Positions 26,391-36,499 of a stretch of DNA of 64,000 nt are shown here, piece after piece. The position numbers were made by a program, and so were the translations under genes. The notes below the pieces were generated by a model. The model ran no database searches. It was not told the origin of the DNA and saw only the letters and a program-made list of their open reading frames with translations. How positions within the stretch are numbered: the stretch's first letter is position 1; every line of letters starts with the position of its first letter. This stretch comes from Scyliorhinus canicula (taxonomy: Eukaryota). The stretch is taken from positions 186,001 to 250,000 of the forward strand of contig NW_024055720.1 of assembly GCF_902713615.1 (NCBI RefSeq), read 5' to 3'.

Positions 26391-26518
26391 CTTCACCAGA
26401 GTGACTGCAGCGCTGTAGGAAATGCTCAGGAAGAACAGGGTGATGAATGTGGAAGCGGTTGTCCAGATGTTCCCGTTATCATCCTCATTTTCTTCAGTCC
26501 AGGTGTGGTCTGTGGTAT
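26391..26518 (-). CDS. IGHM: IgM membrane exon TM1
   Basis: ctcgtag|...|gtgag, encoding (D)TTDHTWTEENEDDNGNIWTTASTFITLFFLSISYSAAVTLVK, a canonical IgM CART transmembrane motif. Phase is compatible with the internal CH4 donor at 30106. Confidence 0.95.
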
Positions 26519-26879
26519 CTACGAGAATCGAGCCAAATATAATTAGTTTGTTTATTAATCCAGGATATGTTTTTTAATATTCTCGTTTCATTTTCTCCCG
26601 CTGCTAATTCATTCTTTAACATATTTGTCATTGCATATCTACTATTGAGTTCATGACACTCAGAAATCGATCTCTGTAACTTTTTTCTTCCAATTAAGGG
26701 GCAAGTTATCATGGCCAATCCACCTAGCCTACGCATCATTGGGTTATCGGGGTGAGACCCACGGGTCACTGGGAAAGTCCACTGGGACAGAGACCCAGGA
26801 GCGGGATCAACCCCAGGCCCATGGTGGCGTGAGGCAGCAGTGCTAACCACTATGCCACCGTGCCGCCCTTGCCTGACGT

Positions 26880-28210
26880 CTGTGTTTGTTCTTTAGCTTT
26901 TGTGTCTGTGTGGATGCGAAATTCGTATTTCTTTACTCTTCTTTTGTGTGTCCCGATGTCTTTATAAGTGTCATTGTGTGTGTTCATGTGTCAATGAGTA
27001 TTGATCTGTGTATTTGTGTGTCAGCGCCTGTGTGAACTTTGTTTATCTTCTGTTAATGTGTATATCTGAGTGTTTTATTGTGTGTGTTTGTGTGTTGAAG
27101 TCTATGTTTATATATTAATGCCTGTTCAATATAAGTTCATACTTCCCTGTCCAGTAATGAAAGTGTTAATGTGTCTTTATACGTTCAATATGCATGTCAG
27201 TGTCTTAATGTTTGTGTCTGGATAAGTGCGTTTGTGTGTGTCTGTGTTTGTTGATGCCTGTATTTCATCATAGAATCATCATTAAATATAATCCCTACTG
27301 TGCCGAACGAGGCCATTCGGCCCATTGTGTCTGCACCGACCCTCCGAAAGAGCACCCTACCTGGACGCATGCCCCTGCCCTGTCCCCAGAACCTCGTAAC
27401 CCCACCTAACGTTGTGGGCATTAAGCGGTAATATAGCCTGGCCAATCCACCGAACCTGCACATCTTTGGACTGTGGGAGGAAACTAGAGCACGCGGAGGA
27501 AACAGGAACAGACCCGGCAGAACGTGGGAACTCCACACAGACAATCACCCAAGGCTGGAATTGAACCCGGGATTATGGCGCTACGCGGCAGAGGTGCTAT
27601 TTATGCGCTGATGTTTGATTATAACTATCTATTGATGTGTATTGATGATTCTATGTATATTCATATGTGTTCGTGTTAGCGTGTGTATGAGTCAGCTAAT
27701 ATGTATCTACGTGTGTCCGTTAGTGTGGATTATTGTCTCTGTTTGAATGGAAATATTTCTGTCATCGTGAAATTCTGCTAATTTACATGTTATTGGTTAC
27801 ATTTCTGTTTCATATTCTTCTGTCAGCCTGCTTGTCTGGCTGTATATGTCTGTGTATCTGTGTCGACATGTGGTTGTATATGTCTGTGTACATACGTGTA
27901 CCCACTTATGCGTATGGAATTGTGTTTGTATGTGTGGATGCGCACGTGAGTCTGTGTGTTTCTAAACATGTGCTTTTTGTGTTTATGTGCATGCTTGTGA
28001 ATTTTTGTGCACATTTGCATGTGTTTTTGTGTCAAAATATGTGTGGTCCGTTGTGCCTGGGTGTATGTTTGTGCATGTGTTTCTATGTGTGTGTCCATGT
28101 GTGTGTTTGTGTCTACTTGTGAGCGTGTGTGTGTTTCTGGGTCTGTGTGCATATGTGTGTAGTGTCTGTGTCTGTTTATCTGTCTGTGTTTTTGTATCAG
28201 CTGCCTGTAG
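26880..28210. repeat. Degenerate (GT)n-rich microsatellite tracts flanking a SINE
   Basis: TG/GT dinucleotide-rich low-complexity sequence at about 26880-27260 and 27620-28210. Confidence 0.8.
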
Positions 28211-28689
28211 CTTTGCCAGTTGTGGGTATTATTGATACCGATGTAGAATATGTTGAACTTTCTGCATATAAATGTGTTTTCCGTGAGTTGCAAGTTGACA
28301 TCAGGTGACCTAATGCAAAAATACGAGGAGGCTCCTCGGGAGAGAACAGTGAAAACCCAGAGAGAATTCAATCACCAGTCTGGATTTGGATTATGGGGAA
28401 TCGGTTTCAGCATACGGATAAGAGGAACAAGGGTGCTAAAAAAAATTATGTTGCATAAATAGATATTTTAAGAACATCTTTATAATGTATCAGCCTGTAA
28501 ACTACATGGCGTCTTGTAATGTCAGTAACTGAGTTCTTAGTCCAGACAACCGTTTACTTCCAAACTCCCTGCTTGGGGACTGGGAAGATATTGAGTTAAT
28601 AATCTCCCTCTCTCTGGTCAGCTCAGCAAATTGCCTTTGGGTTCTCCCTGCTGGAGGTGGAGATACAGAGAGTTCACTCATCACCTTCC

Positions 28690-29400
28690 TCCTCTTTTGG
28701 TTGGGAAAGTGGAGGTACAATGGGTTAGTATTGCCCCTTTGCTCTCTTTGTTGGGGAAGTGGGGAGGCAGTGGATTAAATAATGTCCTTCCACTCATTTT
28801 TGGAAGCGGATGTCCAGTGGATTAACTAATGTACACCCCCCTCATTGTTGGAAGCGGATGTACAGTGGATTAACTCAGCCCACCACCGTCTCTTTGTTGG
28901 GGAAGTGGGGGCACAATGTGTTAACTAATGCTCCTCCCCTCGCTTTGCTGGGGAAGTGGGGGCACAATGTGTTAAGTAATGCCCCAACTGCTCTCTTTGT
29001 TGGGGACGTGGGGAGACAATGGATTAACTAATGCCCCTCTCTTTGTTGGTGAAGTGGGGGTACAGTGGATTAACTAAAGTCCCTCCCACTCTCTCTGTTG
29101 ATGAGGTGGGGTACAGTGGATTAACTAATGCCCCTCCCCCTCTCTTTGTTGGCGAAGTGGGGGTACAGTGGATTAACTAAAGCTCCTCCCACTCTCTCTG
29201 TTGGGGAAGTGGGGGTACAGTGAATTCACTAAAGACCCTCCCCCTCCCTCTATTGGGGAAGTGGGGGTTCAGTGGATTAACTAATGCCCTTCCCCCTCTC
29301 TCTGTGGGGGAGGTGGGTGGGTGGGGAGACAGTGGAATAACTAATACCCCTCCCGCTCTCTCTGTTGGGGAGGTGGGGGTACAGTGGATTAACAATTTCA
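28690..29400. repeat. ~50-bp minisatellite, about 14 diverged units
   Basis: Consensus approximately ctctctttgttggggaagtgggggtacagtggattaactaatgcccctccc. Confidence 0.85.
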
Positions 29401-30044
29401 CTTTCCCCTCTCTTTGACTGGAGATTGTTGGTCCATGTTTCTGTGTGACCCTCAAACCAGTTCCCAGTGGGTCTCATGCAGCAACTTAAAGCTGACATTA
29501 ATTTTAAAGGGATGGACAATGAGAGAAGCAGGAACACCGAGATCTAAATGTGATGGGTTTGTTTGTCTGAAATGGGAAATTGTCCGATTTCTCCTCAGCT
29601 GGAGGAAAGTCAATGAAGATATTTTGCTGAATCCTGGAATGAATGAGTTTTACTCTGTCTCTAATCCAGGGTGTATCTGAGCTGGGAGCTCTGGTTGTAT
29701 CAGACTTGGGGCCGAGACCTGTAGAAATCCGGGTCTCATTGACCAGGGACTGGTTTAGCACATGGCTAAATCGCTGGATTTTAAAGCAGACCAATACAGG
29801 CCAGCAGCACGGGTCAATCCCCGTACCAGCCTCCCCGAACAGGCGCCGGAATGTGGCGCTGAGGGGCTTTTCACAATAACTTGACTGAAGCCTACTTGCG
29901 ACAATAAGTGATTTTCATTTCATTTTCAGATCTAACATCAGTAAAGTGGAAACACCATTAATCAAGCGGCTGTATGTTTAAATCACAATTAGAGGAAACG
30001 TTTTTATTATTTTTATTTTAGTTCGAAATATAACCAATCGATTC

Positions 30045-30436
30045 TCATTGACATGAATTAACGGTGTCCATCAGAGCGAGGGAAATGTTCACAAAACTGG
30101 GTTTACCGCTGGATTTATCAACCGTTCTGTTGATGATCTTCAAGGGGATGGCTTCATGTCCCACCACACAGGAGTAAGAAGCGCCGCTGGCCCACTCCTC
30201 CGCTGCAATGGATAACAGGCTGTACATGAAGAAGGAGCTATTGCCGTTCTCCGCCATCACCTCGGTGTTCTTGTCGTTCCCGGGATTCACCGGCTTGTCA
30301 TTGACGGTCCACTTGACGAAGATCTCTCGGGGGGAGAAACCTCTCACTAAGCAGCTGAGGGAGACGAATCTCTGAGCGGAGACGTCTTCAGCCGAGGGCA
30401 GGAGGACAGAGACGGACGGTTCCCGCGGATTGGGAT
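30045..30436 (-). CDS. IGHM: IgM CH4 exon plus secretory tailpiece
   Basis: ttttctgcag| then (D)[42 protein letters not shown]...[43 protein letters not shown]. Penultimate Cys, tailpiece NIS glycosylation site, internal donor G|GTAAA at 30106, AATAAA at 30012-30017 and 30003-30008. Confidence 0.97.
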
Positions 30437-30719
30437 CTGCAGAAAATGTACAATAAATGTCAATAAAATGGGGAATTCCGGAGACAATGGAACCGCGGGT
30501 TAGATGTGGGAGAAATGTGTTTTGTGTTGGATTTTAAAGGTTTCCATTTTCCACTTTGGGGTCTGTCCGGGTTCCCAGCTCGGAGCAGAGGTGGACACAA
30601 TCCTTTTCCCTGAGAATTTACGGATATTGGATTCGAAAGTTTCAGAAAGTGAACAGCAGGGAAACAGGTCATTCGGCCCAACTGTTCTGTGCTGGTGTAT
30701 AAACTCCACACGAGGCTCC

Positions 30720-31750
30720 TCCCACCTTACCCCAAGAAGATTGGACAACTGCCAATGTAACATCCTTATTCAAAAGGGAAGGGAGTCAAACACAGGTAAC
30801 TATAGGCCAGGGACCTTAACATCTGTCAGTGGAAAACGGTTCGAGTCCATTATAACAGATCCAATAGCTGAGCATTTATAAATACTCAATATAATCAAAC
30901 AGAGTCAGTCCGGCTTCGGGAAGGGTAAATCATGCCTGACAAATTTAGTGCCCTTATTTGAGGTGATGACGAGAAGGCGAGAGAGGGAGGGGGAGGGGGT
31001 GGGGCAATAGATGTAATATACATGAATTTCAAAACGGTGTTTGATAAATGAATGTACTATTCCCATGTTTGCAGATGACAAAAAATAGGTAGAAAGGCAA
31101 GTGGTGAGGATTACAGAAAATCCACAGAGGGACAGAGAATGTGAGGTTAGACACTTTGGTAGGAGGAAGAACATAAAGAATTATTATTTAGATGGAGAAA
31201 GACTGAAGAAAGCTGAAGTAACGGGGGAATTGGGGGCCCTCGTGCAGAAACCACAAAAAGTAAGTTCTGCAGGTAATATGGAGACAAATTGAATGCTGAT
31301 CTTTATTTTAAAAGGAGTAGAATATAACAATGGGGAAGCCTAGCTAAAACTGGGGAATTAGTTAGACAACACCTGATATATTTTGAATAGCTTTGGTGCC
31401 CTTATCTAAAGAAGACAGATTGGTTTTGAAGGCAGTCCAGAGAAGGATCACAAGGTTGATCCCGGGTATGGAGGGATTTTCTTTCGGGGAGAGGTTAAGT
31501 CGGCTGGGCTGTACTGATTGGAGTTTAGAAGAATGAAGGCGACCTCAGATTCTGGGTCGGTCAGTACGTTCAAGGTTGAGGGACACATATTTTAAATCAG
31601 TAAAACCGTCAAGAGATATGGGGATAAGGTGGGAAAGAGGAGTTGAAGGTTATCACATCAGATCAGGCTTGAACTCACTGAAGGCTGGACCGGTGTTGAT
31701 GGGCCCAATGGGTTACATCTGCTCCTAAGTCTTGTGGTCTATGGTCTCGC
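30720..31750 (+). mobile_element. Degenerate CR1 LINE fragment in the CH3-CH4 intron
   Basis: GNYRPGTLTSVSGKRFESII, atttcaaaacggtgtttgataa (DFxKAFDK-like) and tttgcagatgacaaa (FADD). Confidence 0.75.
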
Positions 31751-31961
31751 TTGATCTACACCCAATATCACTGGGTTTAATTCATTGTTCATTCATCTAC
31801 ATATCAATTTCCCCCTGAAACTCTAAACGCCCAGAGTATTTAGTTAGTGGAATTACCAATCAGAATGGACCATAAATACACTGAATGCTAAATACTGACC
31901 GCTGCACTGACACTAGAAATAGACACAATGGCTCAATTATTGCTTCAGTCTCACCGCTCAC

Positions 31962-32270
31962 CTATTTTTTTGTGAATTGAAATTCTTAAAGGAGTTGGCA
32001 GGTCCTGATGGCTCGCCACACAGTCAAACACAGCCCCACTCAGCCAGGCTTGTGTCGAGATGTTTAATTTGCTGAGCACGCTCTCAGTATCTGCCCCAGG
32101 CTCGTCGGCGATCTCTGATTTCAGCAGCTTCTTAGCTTCACTCCAGGACACGTTGACTCCATAAGGAGCATTCGAAATGACACAGGTTAAGGTTACAGTC
32201 GCCTCCAGTAAGACCTGTTCTATTGGTGGTGGCACTATTGTTACTGAGGCATCAGTGCAAATGGAAGGAT
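31962..32270 (-). CDS. IGHM: IgM CH3 exon
   Basis: tcattcacag|...|gtgagc, 309 nt, (D)[32 protein letters not shown]...VSW...[24 protein letters not shown]1-set Ig domain. Confidence 0.97.
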
Positions 32271-33124
32271 CTGTGAATGAAAAAAGTGGAAATCAAGCCA
32301 AGTTTGATCTTCAGAATCAGGTCAGCAGGATTCAGCCTGAACTCTAAATGGGAATAAATCAACTTCGAAACATCAACCTCGAAATAATCAACTTCGAAGC
32401 ATCAACCCCTAAAGATCGCCTTTAATCCTCGATACGCATTGGAAGACCAGTTTGGTTTCTGAAAACTATTCTCATTGTGAAATACAGTCAGCCCCGATGC
32501 CATTCTAACGAATCAGTATTGCAGCATTCCCAATACAAATATTCAATTCCTGATCTCAGGGACGAAGTACTGGAGGCTGATCCATAAATAGGTTGGATGA
32601 ACTTTCCAACACTTCCCCCGGAGCTGTTATCAGTTAAAGGTTCCAGACACCCACTGACTCTCAAATATAATCAGCTGTCTGAGGATAAAGCTGATATCAA
32701 GTCCACCAGGGGCTGGTTTAGCACAGGGCTAAATAGCTGACTTTTAAAGTAGACCAAGTAAGGCCAGCAGCGCGGGATCAATTCCCATACCAGCCTCCCC
32801 GAACAGGCGCCGGAATGTGGCGACGAGGGGTTTTTCACAGTAACTTCATTTGAAGCCTACTTGTGACTATAAGCGATTTTCATTTCATTGATTCACCTCA
32901 CTCACTAAATTACTTCAAATTATAGGGATACATTTATTTCTATATTCATAAAATCGTGAATGGTCAGCAATCCTAATGCAGCTCTTACATCAGAATGAAA
33001 CACAAACTACATGGCAGCAAACTAGAAGTTATTCTGTGCTTTGTACTAACTTCAGTAAATTCCTGATTTGGATTAACATCAGAGTGCAGGATGATTTATT
33101 GTTTCCTCTGTTTGTGTCTCTTAC

Positions 33125-33433
33125 CAGACGCGGTGATGTTGTGAATTTGGGTGACCTCTTCATGAGTGACCTGGCAGGTATAGACCGCTTTGCTGAACCA
33201 TTCCCCAGCGGAGACTGTCAGCCGACTGCTCGCTGAGAAGTTCCTGCTAACTTCACAGGCGGGAGAGGTGACAATTCCTGAACCCATGGCTTGTCCATTC
33301 TTCAGCCACTTCACCGTCATTGACTTTGGATGGAAATCGTTGATCGAACAGACGATGGTTGCAAATTTCTGCCTTGTGATTTCTTCACTGGAACTCACGG
33401 TGAGGAGAACATTTGGAGCATAAATTCTGGGAC
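33125..33433 (-). CDS. IGHM: IgM CH2 exon
   Basis: ttcttgaag|...|gtaag, 309 nt, (C)[42 protein letters not shown]...[19 protein letters not shown]. Confidence 0.97.
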
Positions 33434-33641
33434 CTTCAAGAAACACAATGAGATATTTCTTGCAGAAGAAATTGATAAACAAAATGAGTTGATATACTTT
33501 AAAAATGTTTGTGGTCAATAGACACTAAGCTGGATTTTCCAGGGATCAGGAATATGCAGAGTATTACAAATGAGTTATATCCAAGACCCTATATAAGGTA
33601 ATCATAGGTTTTCTATTTCTCACAGGTTCCACAACACTTAC

Positions 33642-33941
33642 ATTCCATTCCAATGCTCTTGTCTGAGACGCTGTGTCGAACCTCACAGCTGATGTTGCTG
33701 CATCCCCCCTCTGACTCGGTGATGGTTAACTGGCTGCTCAGGGTGTAGGTTCCCTTCTTGTTTTTTACTGATGGGTATTTCTTAACTCCAGTGGTGATCA
33801 GCTGCCCATCGTTCTTCCAGGTGAGGCTGGTGATTTCTGGGGAGTAGTCCATCGCCAAACAGCCGTAGGTCACGGAGCCGTCGGTGTTGTGTTGCTGACA
33901 GGAGGAGACCAGACTGTAGAGAGTGGGCGGAGTCGGTGTCA
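33642..33941 (-). CDS. IGHM: IgM CH1 exon
   Basis: ttctcccccag|...|gtaagt, 300 nt, (V)[41 protein letters not shown]...[17 protein letters not shown]. Phase-1 junctions match the J donor. Confidence 0.97.
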
Positions 33942-34258
33942 CTGGGGGAGAATGGCCCATTCAACAAGTTAGACTCTGGTATTTGTGATTTATAAGTAAC
34001 CAAGCATTTCATAATTTGACTAGAACTATGATTTTATCCTAACATTTCCGATTAAATCACACATCCACATTGAATCTTCTATCGGTTCTATCGTTCGGAA
34101 TCACCTACTTTTTGTCACTTGTTCAGAAACTCACCTCTTTCTCCGTCTCTATAAAAAAAAAACATATTTTGATGTAATCTGAATGGTGTATCTTTCATTG
34201 GATTGAAAGAGAAGAGCAGAGCGTTTCCCCCATTATTTCAGCCACCATGTAATATAAA

Positions 34259-34266
34259 ATGCAAAT
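34259..34266 (-). promoter_or_regulatory. Perfect octamer (ATTTGCAT on the Ig sense strand), candidate intronic enhancer element
   Basis: ATGCAAAT on the plus strand, about 320 bp upstream of CH1. An 8-mer is expected roughly twice by chance in this window. Confidence 0.3.
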
Positions 34267-34282
34267 GAGGCCATAGTCCCGG

Positions 34283-34465
34283 AGACTGTTCTTTCCCTTT
34301 GAGAGCTGACTGTGGTGATTTAACCTGAGGGTCACCACACATCAGGCCAGGGGCAAGGTTGAGAATGGAGATCTTTATGAATAACCTCAGCCGGTGCAGC
34401 GATTGAACCCGCGCTGTTGGGATCGCTCTTCGTCACGAACCAGCCGTCCAGCTAACTGAGCTGTG
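34283..34465 (-). mobile_element. tRNA-derived SINE family C whose head runs into the 29-bp array
   Basis: Minus strand AGCTCAGTTAGCTGGACGGCTGGTTCGTGACG...GCGGGTTCAATC (A- and B-box-like). Homologous to 6325-6490 and 18200-18390. Confidence 0.75.
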
Positions 34466-35114
34466 TACGTCACAATCCAGCTAACTGAGCTGTGTACGTC
34501 ACAATCCAGCAAACTGAGCTGTGTACGTCACAATCGAGCTAACTGAGCTGTGTACGTCACAATCGAGCTAACTGAGCTGTGTACGTCACAATCCACCTAA
34601 CTGAGCTGTGTACGTCACAATCCAGCTAACTGAGCTGTGTACGTCACAATCGAGCTAACTGAGCTGTGTACGTCACAATCCACCTAACTGAGCTGTATAC
34701 GTCACAATCCAGCTAACTGAGCTGCGTACGTCACAATCCAGCTAACTGAGCTGTGTACGTCACAATCCAGCTAACTGAGCTGTGTACGTCACAATCCAGC
34801 TAACTGAGCTGTGTACGTCACAATCCAGCTAACTGAGCTGCGTACGTCACAATCCAGCTAACTGAGCTGTGTACGTCACAATCCAGCTAACTGATCTGTG
34901 TACGTCACAATCCAGCGAACTGAGCTGCGTACGTCACAAACCAGCTGACTGTGATGTCTACGTCACAATACAGCTCACTGAGCTGGGTATGTCACAATCC
35001 AGCTAACTGAGCTGTGTACGTCACAATCCAGCTAACTGAGCCGAGTAGGTCATAATCCAGCTAATTGAGCTGTGTACGTCACAATCCAGCTAACTGAGCT
35101 GTGTACGTCACAAT
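34448..35114. repeat. 29-bp tandem array, about 23 units, AGCT-rich
   Basis: Unit ccagctaactgagctgtgtacgtcacaat, with the 29-bp period checked at 34448 and 34477. High homogeneity, no spacers. Confidence 0.95.
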
Positions 35115-35499
35115 CAATTTGTCTTACAAAAGTTGTGTCTTCATTTGTATCTTTGCAGTTTTGGGAAATTCCCTTTGTTCAAACTGACTGATGCCCCCTC
35201 CTCCCTCCATCTCACTAACCCCACTCCCCAAACCAGAGAATTGTGGCTTTGCTTCAAAAACACCTTCTGAATGTACCTTTATATAATTACAATAAAACTC
35301 TACATTTGAGTAATTGCAACATTCACTAATTTTAGGACCATGCACATTGACAGCAGGAGGAGGCCATTCAATCCGTGGAGTCTCCTCCCCCATTCAGTAA
35401 GAGCCTGCCCTGTGCTGATTGTGGTGTTAACTCCATATTCCGCCTGTCACTGAGACCGGGCTGTCTGCGATCCACCCAACCCCCGCCCCGCGCTCTCTG

Positions 35500-36385
35500 A
35501 GCGTTCCCCCATCTCTCTGCGGTTCCCGCTGGATTGCTGCACCTTCCTCCTGGTCCCTTCACTATCGTTTAGCTCTCTGCTCTTTTCCACGGCTCTCTGC
35601 GCTTTCCTCCGCATCTCTGCACTTTCGGCACTGAATTTTCTTCCTGCTCTTTGTGCTTTGCCCATGTGTGCTGCACTTTCCCCAGTTCTTTCGACTTTTC
35701 CCGGTTCCTGGCACTTTCCCCGGTCTTTTTGAACATTTCGCCAGCACTGTGCGCTTTACCCCGATTCTTATGGCTTATCGCCCACTCTATGAACTTTCGT
35801 CCGGCTCTCCGCACTTGCGCCAGCTCTCTGCCCCTTCCCCCGGCTCTCTGCCCCTTCTCCAGGCTCTCTGCACTTTCCCCGGCTCTCTGCGCCTTCCCCC
35901 GGCTCTCCGCACTTTCCTCCGGCTCTCGGCTCCTTCCCCCGGCGCTCTGCTCCTTCCCCCGGCTCTCTGCTCCTTCCCCCGGCTCTCCGCACTTTCCTCC
36001 GGCTCTCTGGGCCTTCCCCCGGCGCTCTGCTCCTTCCCCCGGCTCTCTGCTCCTTCCTCCGGCTCTCTGCTCCTTCCCCCGGCTCTCTGCAGCCTTCCCC
36101 CGGCTCTCTATCTTTCCCCGACTCTCTGCTCCTTCTCCCGACTCTCTGCTCCTTCCCTCGGCTCTCTGCTCCTTCTCCCGGCTCTCCGCACTTTCCCCCG
36201 GCTCTCCGCACTTTCCGCCGGCTCTCTGCTCCTTCCCCCGGCTCTCTGCACTTTCACCCGGCTCTCCGCACTTTCCCCCGGCTCTCGGTTCCTTCCCCCG
36301 GCTCTCCGCACTTTCCCCGGCTCTCGGCTCCTTCCCCCGGCTCTCGGCTCCTTCCCCCGGCTCTCCGCTCCTTCCCCCGGCTCTC
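35500..36385. repeat. ~19-20-bp C/T-rich minisatellite (G/A-rich on the Ig sense strand)
   Basis: Core 35790-36385 is built from ccccggctctctgctcctt and ccccggctctccgcacttt variants. Confidence 0.9.
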
Positions 36386-36499
36386 GCCACCTCCGTGTTC
36401 TGAGCCACATTCGGGGGCCAATGGACATCAGTTTCGCTCCAGTTCTCTATTCCTCACTCGCTGCAGACGCTCCCTTGCCGATTTCCTGAGCATCAGTGA

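Noticed and set aside
34448-35114. 29-bp repeat array as a CRISPR array
   Set aside because: The units are head-to-tail with no unique spacers, the context is eukaryotic, there are no cas genes, and the unit derives from an adjacent SINE head.
35569-36489. Long ORFs of 250-279 aa on both strands
   Set aside because: They are translations of a stop-poor 19-20-bp minisatellite, open in several frames at once.
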